From Planctomycetota bacterium (lineage in GTDB: Bacteria; Planctomycetota; SZUA-567; H5-PLA8), in assembly GCA_038227875.1 (NCBI GenBank), contig JBBRPR010000025.1, positions 1-64,000 on the forward strand: a DNA stretch of 64,000 bases, given 5' to 3'. Below the pieces are notes generated by a model. It made no database searches and was not told the DNA's origin. It was given only the letters and a program-made list of their open reading frames with translations. Made by a program: the position numbers and the translations under genes. Of this stretch, positions 55,321-64,000 are shown in pieces (position 1 is the stretch's first letter; every line of letters starts with the position of its first letter).

Positions 55321-56193
55321 GTGAAAAGTCCGCCAGATAATCCGTCACAAGAAGGACCAACGACGCCTATGAATGCTAGTTCACGTAAAATCAAGGTCAA
55401 CGCCACTCGGCGCCGACCGCACAGCGGGTCCTGTTCTTTGGCGATACCGCCATTCGCCGCAACTGTCTGCAAGCTTTTCGAACCGATGGACGATGTTCAG
55501 TTCTGGATCAAGGACACAAACGGACGGTACTGCTGGATCAACCGAAGCTTCTTGCTTAACTATGGGCTGGAGCATGCGCGGGATGTCCTGGGCAAAACAG
55601 ACTACGATCTGTCGCCGGCCCACCTGGCCGATCAATATACGCTTGATGACCGCCGGGTGCTGCGCGGTGAAAGCCTGGCGAAACGCGTTGAACTGGTCGG
55701 ACGGTACGATCACAGCGCCGGGTGGTCCGTCACACACAAACTGCCGCTGCGCGACGCAAAAGGAAAGATCGTCGGAACCACAGGTACTTCGCGAGCAATG
55801 TCGTCCGCCTCACCTCAGGCGGACGTGCAGGATAGCGGTCTGGCGCGCGCGGTGGCCAGCGTGCGTCAGGATCCGTCGAAAAACTGGACCAATCGAGAAC
55901 TGGCAAAGCTGGCCCATCTTTCGGAGCGCGTTTTCGAGCGGCGCTTTCAGCGTGCGTTTCACGTTTCTCCCCACGACTATATCCGCCGTTTGCGCGTGAG
56001 GTTGGCGTGTCACGCGCTTGTTTATAGTGCAGCTACTCTGGCGCAGGTCGCGTCGGACTTTGGCTTCTCCGATCAAAGCCACTTCACGCGCGAATTCCGG
56101 CGTGAGACGGCCGTTACCCCCGGTGCCTATCGGCGACGCTACGGCGCCGCAAAAACAGCAAAAGAAGTGTGGCGGTTTTATTCCAAAACCTGA
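55321..56193 (+). CDS. PAS-domain AraC-family regulator
   Basis: FWIKDTNGRY...GKTDYDL PAS_4-like domain; GFSDQSHFTREF. Confidence 0.88.
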   Translation: MKSPPDNPSQEGPTTPMNASSRKIKVNATRRRPHSGSCSLAIPPFAATVCKLFEPMDDVQFWIKDTNGRYCWINRSFLLNYGLEHARDVLGKTDYDLSPAHLADQYTLDDRRVLRGESLAKRVELVGRYDHSAGWSVTHKLPLRDAKGKIVGTTGTSRAMSSASPQADVQDSGLARAVASVRQDPSKNWTNRELAKLAHLSERVFERRFQRAFHVSPHDYIRRLRVRLACHALVYSAATLAQVASDFGFSDQSHFTREFRRETAVTPGAYRRRYGAAKTAKEVWRFYSKT

Positions 56194-56283
56194 CGGTCTT
56201 CATCTATCTCCAAACCACGCTGCCGATCTATAAGGACCGCGTTGAACGCAGACGTCTCTTATGGTTTTCCCACAGGAGCAGCC

Positions 56284-57156
56284 ATGAAGATTGGAATCGA
56301 CAGCTATTGCTACCACCGCTTTTTTGGCGAGGTCTATCCGCAGCAACAACAACCGCCGCGCCGGATGACACTTGAGAATTTCATCGATCGGGCGAAAGAG
56401 CTCGGGGTCAATGGAGTCTCCCTGGAAACCTGCTTCATCACGCGCAAGGACGACGCGGGATATCTGGAGTCCGTGAAGGCACGGCTGGACGCGTACGGGC
56501 TCGACCGGGTCTATGCGTGGGGACATCCGGACGGCCTGGAGGGCGGACGGAACCGCGCGGAATATCAGAAGATGATCGCCGCCATTCCGCAGGCGCAACG
56601 TATTGGCGCAACCGTGATGCGGATCGTTGGGTCGAGTCTGCAGTTCAGATTCGAAGACCATCGTGAGCAGATTCGAGGGCTGGTGGCGATGTTGCGTGAA
56701 GCGGTCAAAGTCGCTGAGGCGCATGACGTGAAGCTCGCCATCGAGAATCACATCGATTTCACCGCTCGCGAAATTCTGCAGATCATCGAAGAGGTGGGAT
56801 CACCTTACCTGGGCGTGAACTTTGACACCGGCAACTTCGCGCGACTTCTTGACGATCCGATCAAGGCGATGGAATTGCTTGCCCGTCATACTCTGGCCAC
56901 ACACGTTAAAGACCTGCGGGTCAACCGCGCAGCCGCTGTCGACGATTGGTACTTCTTTTCAACCACGCCCGTTGGCGACGGGTTCATAGACAATCTGCGG
57001 CTGGCTCGGCTGTTGAAGCAGGCGGAGTACAAGGGTTTCCTGGCGATGGAATTAGATTTTCTGCATCCCGACTACACCGATGAAGATGCGGCCGTGGCAG
57101 CGAGCGTCGTGGAACTGCGCCGCATCGCCCACCACCTGGCTGAGGAGGTTCGATGA
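56284..57156 (+). CDS. Sugar phosphate isomerase/epimerase (xylose isomerase-like TIM barrel)
   Basis: AIENH, NFDTGN, THVKD, LAMELD; AGGAG SD. Confidence 0.87.
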   Translation: MKIGIDSYCYHRFFGEVYPQQQQPPRRMTLENFIDRAKELGVNGVSLETCFITRKDDAGYLESVKARLDAYGLDRVYAWGHPDGLEGGRNRAEYQKMIAAIPQAQRIGATVMRIVGSSLQFRFEDHREQIRGLVAMLREAVKVAEAHDVKLAIENHIDFTAREILQIIEEVGSPYLGVNFDTGNFARLLDDPIKAMELLARHTLATHVKDLRVNRAAAVDDWYFFSTTPVGDGFIDNLRLARLLKQAEYKGFLAMELDFLHPDYTDEDAAVAASVVELRRIAHHLAEEVR

Positions 57157-58322
57157 AAACTCTGAATGTCGCGATGCTGGGCACAAGTTTCATGGGCCGT
57201 GCACACAGCAATGCCTGGAGCCAGGTGGGGAAATTTTTCTCGCCCGCCATCCAGCCAGTGTTGAAAATTGCGTGCGGCACAGACGTGCAACGCGCGCGTG
57301 AATTCGCCGGTAAATGGGGGTGGGAAGAGTCCTCGACCGACTGGCGCGAAGTCGTTTCCCGCAAGGACATCGACATTGTAGACATTTCACTGCCAACGCA
57401 TCTGCATCATGACGTGGCTGTTGCCGCCGCACGGGCCGGAAAGCATATTTTCTGCGAGAAGCCAATGGCTCTCTCGGCAGTTCAGGCCAAAAACATGGTG
57501 GCCGAGGTGGCGAAGTCGAAGGGTGTCCATTTCATCAATCACAATTACCGCCGTCTGCCGGCGGTGATGGTTGCCAAGCGGCTGATTGCGGAAGGTAAGT
57601 TGGGACGAATTTTTCATTGGCGCGGCGCTTATCAGCAAGATTGGATCATCGATCCGGAATTTCCGCTGACCTGGCATCTGCGCCAGGAAACCGCCGGCCC
57701 GGGACCTCATGCGGATCTGAATTCCCATAGCGTCGATCTGGCCCACTTTCTGATTGGCACCATCCGCAGCGTTGCGTGTATGACCACCTCTTTCATTTCT
57801 GAGCGCCCGCTGCCTGGCAAAGGCGCGGCCACGTTCAGTGCCGGAAAAGCCAGTGACTCCAGAGGCAAGGTCACAGTCGAAGACGCTGCGTTGATGATGG
57901 TCGAATTCGAGAACGGAGCCATGGGCTCCTTCGAAGCGACGCGATTTGCGAATGGCCGGAAGAACCGCAATACCTTTGAGATCTACGGCAGCAAGGGGAG
58001 CATGTGCTTCGACCTGGAGCGCTTGAATGAATTGTCGTTCTATGATGGGACAAACGAAGCTGACGAGCGGGGCTTCAGAAACATTCTCGTGACGGAACCG
58101 ACGCATCCGTATATTCGCCAGTGGTGGCCGCCGGGGCATACCATTGGTTATGAACACACGTTTGTTCATGCCGTGGCCGATTTTCTAGACGCGATCAGCA
58201 CGGGCGAAAAAGCCGCGCCCGACTTTCTCGACGGGTTGCGCGTGATGGAAGTGCTCGACGCCGGCCTGCGTTCGGCCAAAGAAGGTCAGAAGATCAAAAT
58301 TGAATACTCACGGGAGATTTAA
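57153..58322 (+). CDS. Gfo/Idh/MocA oxidoreductase
   Basis: FMGRAHSNAW, CEKP, HNYR, DLNSHSVD, WWPPGHTIGYEH. Confidence 0.92.
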   Translation: MKTLNVAMLGTSFMGRAHSNAWSQVGKFFSPAIQPVLKIACGTDVQRAREFAGKWGWEESSTDWREVVSRKDIDIVDISLPTHLHHDVAVAAARAGKHIFCEKPMALSAVQAKNMVAEVAKSKGVHFINHNYRRLPAVMVAKRLIAEGKLGRIFHWRGAYQQDWIIDPEFPLTWHLRQETAGPGPHADLNSHSVDLAHFLIGTIRSVACMTTSFISERPLPGKGAATFSAGKASDSRGKVTVEDAALMMVEFENGAMGSFEATRFANGRKNRNTFEIYGSKGSMCFDLERLNELSFYDGTNEADERGFRNILVTEPTHPYIRQWWPPGHTIGYEHTFVHAVADFLDAISTGEKAAPDFLDGLRVMEVLDAGLRSAKEGQKIKIEYSREI

Positions 58323-58324
58323 GC

Positions 58325-59203
58325 ATGACAGGCATCGACGTAGACATCGAGACGTACCACAAAAACGGGTTTCTTTTAATCGACGTGTTTCCCGAATCGG
58401 AAGTCGTCCTGATTCGCGACCAGATCGATGAACTTCTGAATCGCTACAGCCAGACCACGAAAACGGAGCGCGGTTTCCATTCGTCAGAGAATCAACACGC
58501 TGGCGATGCGATCGAGAATTTCCGAGCCAAGACCAAGCACTATTATTTCCATCTCCTGACCAACGAGCGCTTCCTGCCGATTCAGCACGTATTCCATCGG
58601 CCGGAAATCCTGAACACGATTGAACAGATCCTTGGCGCACCGTTGATTATCAACAATGCCTCACTCTTCGCTGCAGAACCGGGGACGTGCTACAAACTGG
58701 GCTGGCATCGCGACGTGATCCAGATTCCGCAGGATGAAATCAACGAGGATGCGATTTACAATCCATCGCGCTTTCACAATAGCGTTCAGATCAATCTACC
58801 TCTGTACGACGACGAGACGCTCTGGGTCGTTCCAGGCAGCCATCAGCGAAAGAACACAGCTGATGAAAACACAGCCTTCCGTGGATCGAAGCATTATGCG
58901 CCGATTGATGCGGAGATGCCTGGCGGTGTAAATGTGAAGATTCGGCCGGGTCAGGCGGTGCTCTACAATAACAACCTCATTCACCGCGGTTTCAATGCAT
59001 GCTTCACGGTGCCGCGTCGTTCCTTGCATATGGGTTATCATTGCGCTTTAAAGCCGCCGACCTGGCACTTCTATCTGCTCAACGAGGCCAATTTCACCGA
59101 TAGCTATCGAGCCAAGATGACCCCGCACGTACGTGCGATGATCGATGCGTATTTTGAGTGCCGAAAGTCCTATCCGAAAATGGAAGACACTTGGAAATTC
59201 TGA
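58325..59203 (+). CDS. Phytanoyl-CoA dioxygenase (PhyH)-family 2OG/Fe(II) oxygenase
   Basis: WHRD, VVPGSH, LIHRG, RRSLH. Confidence 0.85.
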   Translation: MTGIDVDIETYHKNGFLLIDVFPESEVVLIRDQIDELLNRYSQTTKTERGFHSSENQHAGDAIENFRAKTKHYYFHLLTNERFLPIQHVFHRPEILNTIEQILGAPLIINNASLFAAEPGTCYKLGWHRDVIQIPQDEINEDAIYNPSRFHNSVQINLPLYDDETLWVVPGSHQRKNTADENTAFRGSKHYAPIDAEMPGGVNVKIRPGQAVLYNNNLIHRGFNACFTVPRRSLHMGYHCALKPPTWHFYLLNEANFTDSYRAKMTPHVRAMIDAYFECRKSYPKMEDTWKF

Positions 59204-59295
59204 ATGGCGCTCGGTCCGAGCCGTCTGCAAATCATCAATTAGAGGAGCGCGCCGGCGTTGCCACGTCGGCGCGGCTTACTCTTCCTTGGGTTGAA

Positions 59296-59754
59296 TCACG
59301 TCGCGTACGTTTTTGTGTATGCGAACGGACCCAGGACCGGTAATCGAAATGCAATTCCGTTATAGGCCTTGGACGCCAGTACACACAAAGTCGCAAGCAT
59401 CGCTAGACCGATCAATGAAAAAAACGGCAGCATCATCGTGGCCAAGGTTGGCATAATTACAACCATTGAGAACACAACGATCTGAAGCGCAATCGAAAGC
59501 GCCATGCAGACCACCTGCACCATAATCATCTGCATGGCATTGAATTTCACAAACTTCGATTCAGAGCTCTTGATGAGCAGGATGAGCAGCGGTCCGACCA
59601 TGAAAAGGGCAGACGCGTTGGCGATCATGCCCCACATCCTTTCGTCCTGCGTCGGCGATTCGGAAAGTTCAGTATCGCCCCAGACAAGTGGAGCGGGACT
59701 CCCAATGTGAACTGGCGGTGGTTCCAATGTCTGTTTGGCATTCTCGTTAAGCAT
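59296..59754 (-). CDS. DUF4870-like membrane protein
   Basis: QDERMWGMIA...GPLLILL...SKFVKFNAMQ...KAYNG..FRLP. Confidence 0.75.
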   Translation of the reverse strand: MLNENAKQTLEPPPVHIGSPAPLVWGDTELSESPTQDERMWGMIANASALFMVGPLLILLIKSSESKFVKFNAMQMIMVQVVCMALSIALQIVVFSMVVIMPTLATMMLPFFSLIGLAMLATLCVLASKAYNGIAFRLPVLGPFAYTKTYAT

Positions 59755-60075
59755 GAGGTATCTCCTTTTGGAATGACGTTCACTGCCCGGTCAAATGGCC
59801 GAACGATAGATCTACGTCCATAGCCGACCTTCCGTGAGACCCTCAAATCACGCGGCGAACTTGTTCTTGGCAGGCAGTGCTGCAAAACAAGCGCCATGGA
59901 TCAATAAATGGAGCGACTCCGGAAGTGTGGGAGCGCGAAAGACTTGAAGCCCGAGCCGGAAACTATGGACGGCTGATCTCTCGTGGTATTGGGAACTTTT
60001 TTCGCAAGTATCGCTCCCACGCGACGATAGCGGGTCCGCAGATTGAGCTTGCGTTTCGCACGGATCTGCATATTA

Positions 60076-60089
60076 TGCCAACGTTGGCA
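60076..60089. promoter_or_regulatory. LacI-type operator, copy 1
   Basis: Perfect palindrome TGCCAACGTTGGCA upstream of the LacI gene. Confidence 0.75.
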
Positions 60090-60122
60090 CATTTGCTGTG
60101 CGGGGCGGCTGGAGCGGTTGAC

Positions 60123-61100
60123 ATGGCGGGCTTGAAGGAAGTAGCTGCTGCGTCCGGAGTGTCGATCCGTACGGTTATGCGTGCACTATCCGGACAAGGC
60201 TACATTGATTCGCAAACGCGCGAGCGAGTGGTCACGCAGGCTCAGCGCCTGGGGTATCGCCCCAATCTTGCTGCGCGCAGTTTGAAGACGGCCAGAAGTT
60301 TTGACATTTCCGTCGTCGCCTGGTCCATGGATGAATTACATATCGCCAAGATCGCAGGCCTCGAGCAGACCCTGCGTCACGCCGGCTATGCGGTCAATGT
60401 GTTGCTGGAAAGTGCCGCGAATACCGGCGGCGATTGGCTTGAAAATGTCCTCCTGCATCGCCCTGCGGGTGTCGCGCTGTTCTCTTCTTCGCAATTCCAC
60501 AACGAACAAGCGTTGAGATTGCTGGATTCCAAGTTGCCGTACATCGTTTTCGACGCGCCAACCGGGCCGTTGGACAGCGTCCGCATAGATCGTCAACAGG
60601 GCGTCTACGAGGCGGTGCTGTACCTCGCCGCCACGGGACGTCGCGCAATTGCATACCTGGGAACGCAAGCCGATCGCTCCCGCCTGGATGGTTACCTGCG
60701 AGCGCTGGGACAACTGTCGCGTCGGCCAATCTATATCGAGCAAGCAGAGGGCGATCAGTACGCCGCGGGTATTGCCGCGTCGCAGCGGTTTTCGGAATTG
60801 CCCAAAGCAAAACGTCCTGATGCGGTTTTGGCCTACGCCGATGAAGTGGGATTGGGGTTCATGGCTGGGTTGCATGAACGCGGGATTAGAATTCCAAGTG
60901 ACGTAGCGGTAATCGGGTTCGACGACCGGCGCGCCGCAGCGCTCAGCTGGCCGCGCCTGACCACAGTGGCGCAGCCCAGTCGAGAGTTGGGCATCGCCGC
61001 TGCAGAAATACTACTTCGTAAAATCAAGGGTGAAGCTGAGCCATCGACAGGCTGGAGCCGCACGATGCCGACGAAGTTGGTGCTGCGGGAATCGGCATAA
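60123..61100 (+). CDS. LacI-family transcriptional regulator
   Basis: LKEVAAASGVSIRTVMRAL...YRPNLAARSL; IPSDVAVIGFDD; GGAG SD before ATG 60123. Confidence 0.93.
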   Translation: MAGLKEVAAASGVSIRTVMRALSGQGYIDSQTRERVVTQAQRLGYRPNLAARSLKTARSFDISVVAWSMDELHIAKIAGLEQTLRHAGYAVNVLLESAANTGGDWLENVLLHRPAGVALFSSSQFHNEQALRLLDSKLPYIVFDAPTGPLDSVRIDRQQGVYEAVLYLAATGRRAIAYLGTQADRSRLDGYLRALGQLSRRPIYIEQAEGDQYAAGIAASQRFSELPKAKRPDAVLAYADEVGLGFMAGLHERGIRIPSDVAVIGFDDRRAAALSWPRLTTVAQPSRELGIAAAEILLRKIKGEAEPSTGWSRTMPTKLVLRESA

Positions 61101-61119
61101 GCGATTTTTTGAACATTTG

Positions 61120-61133
61120 TGCCAACGTTGGCA
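61120..61133. promoter_or_regulatory. LacI-type operator, copy 2
   Basis: Identical palindrome TGCCAACGTTGGCA upstream of the Gfo/Idh/MocA gene. Confidence 0.75.
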
Positions 61134-61183
61134 TAATGAGAACAGAAACCTTTCAATTGCAATCATGGGAAAAGGAGCGCTCG

Positions 61184-62548
61184 ATGGCACGCAGGAAACG
61201 CTTTGTGCAGGTCGGAGTCGGTGGGCGAGCGGGGATGTTTTACGACGCCCTGGCTGGACGCTTTGCCGAAACGTGTGAACTGCTGGCGATTTGCGACCGC
61301 AATGAAGGGCGGCTTAACTTACGCGTACGTCAACTCGCCGAACGCGGTGTTACGGTGCGCGCTTACATCGCCGAAGAATTCGAACGGATGATCGCGGAAA
61401 ACAAGCCGGACACGGTGATCGTGACGACGCAGGACTCGTTTCATGATGTGTATCTTTGCCGCGCGATGGAACTGGGATGCGATGTCATTACCGAAAAACC
61501 AATGACCACCGATGCGCAGAAATGCAATCGCATCCTGAATACGCAGCGCCGCACCGGTCGCAAATGCACAGTTACTTTTAACTATCGCTACTCCCCGCCT
61601 CGCACGCAGGTCAAGGATCTGTTGATGAGCGGCGTGATTGGCGACGTGCGCTCGATGGATTTTCACTGGATGCTCGATACCAGCCACGGCGCGGACTACT
61701 TCCGGCGCTGGCATCGTCAGAAAGAAAATTCCGGTGGTCTGATGGTCCATAAGGCCACGCATCATTTCGATCTGGCCAACTGGTGGCTCTCGGCCGTTCC
61801 AGAAAGTGTCATCGCCACCGGCCGGCGGTCGTTCTACACACCCGAGACAGCCCGCCGCTATGGCCTGAACAACCGTGGCGAACGATGTCTGGACTGCGCC
61901 GAAGCCGCGCGCTGCCCTTTCCGTCTGGATCTTTCGAGCAATGCCAATCTTCGGACGGTCTATTTGGAAAACGAAGCCCACGACGGCTACCAGCGCGACC
62001 GCTGTGTCTTCAGCCAAGACATGGATATCGAAGACGAAATGCAGGCCATCGTTCGCTATTCCAATGGCGCGACGATGTCCTATTCGCTCCACGCGTTCAT
62101 GCCTTGGGAAGGTTACACCGTCGTGTTCAACGGCACTAAGGGCCGGCTGGAACACACGTGTCAGGAATCCGTCTACGTCAACGGTGACGGCACGATTCCG
62201 GGCCAACTCCGGAACGAAGGCACGCAGATCAAGATCTATCCTCATTTTCAAAATGGGTACGCGGTCGATATCTGGCAAGCGGAAGGCGGCCACGGCGGCG
62301 GCGATGCGCCACTGCTGGACGATTTGTTCAGCCCCAAACCGTCGTTGGATAAATACCTGCGCGCGGCCGATCAGCGTGCTGGCGCCTACTCCATCTTAAC
62401 GGGGATCGCGGCCAACCAGTCCATCGCAACGGGTCAGGCGGTGCGCATCGATTCGCTGGTGAACAACATCGGACTGCCCGAGTATCCACCGATGCCGTTA
62501 GCAACCGATCCGCTGCCGTTGCCCAGCGAAGTTGGCGCGCGGGTGTAA
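61184..62548 (+). CDS. Gfo/Idh/MocA oxidoreductase (YteT-like)
   Basis: TEKPMT, FNYRY, HGADYFRRWHR, HKATHHFD, GGHGGGD; AAGGAG SD. Confidence 0.9.
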   Translation: MARRKRFVQVGVGGRAGMFYDALAGRFAETCELLAICDRNEGRLNLRVRQLAERGVTVRAYIAEEFERMIAENKPDTVIVTTQDSFHDVYLCRAMELGCDVITEKPMTTDAQKCNRILNTQRRTGRKCTVTFNYRYSPPRTQVKDLLMSGVIGDVRSMDFHWMLDTSHGADYFRRWHRQKENSGGLMVHKATHHFDLANWWLSAVPESVIATGRRSFYTPETARRYGLNNRGERCLDCAEAARCPFRLDLSSNANLRTVYLENEAHDGYQRDRCVFSQDMDIEDEMQAIVRYSNGATMSYSLHAFMPWEGYTVVFNGTKGRLEHTCQESVYVNGDGTIPGQLRNEGTQIKIYPHFQNGYAVDIWQAEGGHGGGDAPLLDDLFSPKPSLDKYLRAADQRAGAYSILTGIAANQSIATGQAVRIDSLVNNIGLPEYPPMPLATDPLPLPSEVGARV

Positions 62549-62751
62549 GTCGCAGGGCGAGCAGACGTGAAATGTCGGACAACACGAGACTCTCCGCAGG
62601 TGCGGAGAGTTTTTTGTGGGCGCAAGAATTGTAGCGAGTGCAAAATAGTACAATCCCAAGTCAAATTCGTCATATCGAATGCGGGCAAAACGCTGAAACT
62701 TTCGGTGTACTTTCTACGACAGAACTCTTCCCGGTTATTCAAAAGGTAAAG

Positions 62752-64000
62752 ATGATGAGACATCGTGTTCCATGCCATGCTCTGGCATTTGCTATCCTGC
62801 TCTTCGTCTCAAATGCCATTTCACGCCAAGTTCCGGCGGAAGAAGGACAGTGGGTGGCACTGTGGCAGGATGCATACTCAGGCATGCCCAACCCGGGGCT
62901 TGACCCGGAACGAGTCGCGGCGGTTCCAGCCGTCGATCGCACGACCGGCGAGGTATATCTGTCGTTCTGGACATATGGAATCTGGAAAAGCACCGATGAA
63001 GGAAAGAGTTTTGTTCGCGTGGACGGAAAAAGTATTTCGGGTGACGGCTGCGGACCCATTCGCGGCGCGTCGTTCTACATTCATCCCGAGGGCAAGAAGA
63101 TCGCGGCCTTCAACATGAACAACAACCCGGGCCCGTCCGGGTTCTCAACCGACGGAGGTCAATCCTGGACCCGCTTCGAAGCGGTCGGACGTAATTGGGA
63201 TTTTGGCGCGATCGATTGGGAGAGCCAGTTGGTCTTTGCCGCCCGACACGAATTCGAAGCGTTGCATATAAGCGCGGACGCCGGAAAAACGTGGACTCAA
63301 TTGGACCGGGAGCGCTGGCCGGTTTCCGGGCTGGGGGTGGCGGGAAAAAGTCTGCTGCTGGCCACGGCGGAAGGCATTGAACGGAGCGAGGACAACGGCA
63401 AGTCGTGGAAAAAAATTTCAGCGCTTGTCGGTACAGGACCGACTCTGGCCTTCAATGGGAAGCTCTGGTGGCTCTCAGAGGCTGGGAAGGGTGTGCTGGT
63501 CAGCACTGATCAGGGCGCCACATGGGAGATTCAAGGCGTGGCCGCGCCGGGCGCTGTGGAACTCGGACCGTTCTTTGGAAAGGACGAGAACCATCTCGTC
63601 CTGGTGGGAAACGATGGGTTCTATGAGACGCTGGACGGCTGTAAGACATGGAAACTCGCAGTGGCCATGCCGCCTGACTTCAAATTGAGCGGCGCGGCGT
63701 TCGATCCCGTTCACGATATTTTCTATCTCACCGGTCATCAGCTTCCGGTCATGAAATTTCTCCGCGGTCGGAAACCGGAATACGTTACGCCATCCGCTGG
63801 CGGCGCTAACGGCGCAGAGAGCAGCGCGCCGCGCCCGAAAGCGGAATTCGTCGAGACGCCGAATTTCAAGACTCGCTGCACGGTCGGCGCGGCCGACGCC
63901 GTTCTCGACAACTACCTGTTTGTGACGGGCGAGGACGGCTTCATGATTTTCAGACGCGATCTTCAATCCGGCAAGCTGACGTTCATCGAGCAGCAACTCG
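62752..64000 (+). CDS. Secreted BNR/Asp-box repeat protein (3'-truncated by the window end)
   Basis: MMRHRVPCHALAFAILLF signal peptide; STDEGKSF, STDGGQSW, SADAGKTW, SEDNGKSW, STDQGATW; no stop seen before 64000. Confidence 0.75.
   Translation, partial: MMRHRVPCHALAFAILLFVSNAISRQVPAEEGQWVALWQDAYSGMPNPGLDPERVAAVPAVDRTTGEVYLSFWTYGIWKSTDEGKSFVRVDGKSISGDGCGPIRGASFYIHPEGKKIAAFNMNNNPGPSGFSTDGGQSWTRFEAVGRNWDFGAIDWESQLVFAARHEFEALHISADAGKTWTQLDRERWPVSGLGVAGKSLLLATAEGIERSEDNGKSWKKISALVGTGPTLAFNGKLWWLSEAGKGVLVSTDQGATWEIQGVAAPGAVELGPFFGKDENHLVLVGNDGFYETLDGCKTWKLAVAMPPDFKLSGAAFDPVHDIFYLTGHQLPVMKFLRGRKPEYVTPSAGGANGAESSAPRPKAEFVETPNFKTRCTVGAADAVLDNYLFVTGEDGFMIFRRDLQSGKLTFIEQQL

Overview
GC-rich bacterial chromosomal segment. 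The gene content (type III PKS trio, large PQQ-propeller and PKD-domain secreted proteins) resembles Planctomycetota/PVC, but this assignment is inferred. It carries nusA-infB, a PilT/PilU ATPase, an Fpg/Nei glycosylase, a giant PhoD-containing secreted protein, several carbohydrate-catabolic and regulator genes, and a type III PKS locus. The main feature is a ~6.4-kb minus-strand unit (15918-22363) of 34 hand-decoded tRNA genes covering all 20 amino acids. Many are non-canonical, including Ile-UAU, Arg-GCG and Arg-UCG. An Rnl2-type RNA ligase and an HNH nuclease are embedded in it. Directly upstream is an unannotated 58-codon leader ORF (22090-22266) that uses all 20 amino acids and 44 different codons. 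Its last codons and stop codon can pair with the 5' arm of a strong intrinsic terminator. This suggests a pan-codon attenuator that switches on a backup tRNA set and an RNA repair ligase when the ribosome stalls for lack of any tRNA. The mechanism is inferred from sequence only. Coordinates were read by hand and may be off by a few bases.
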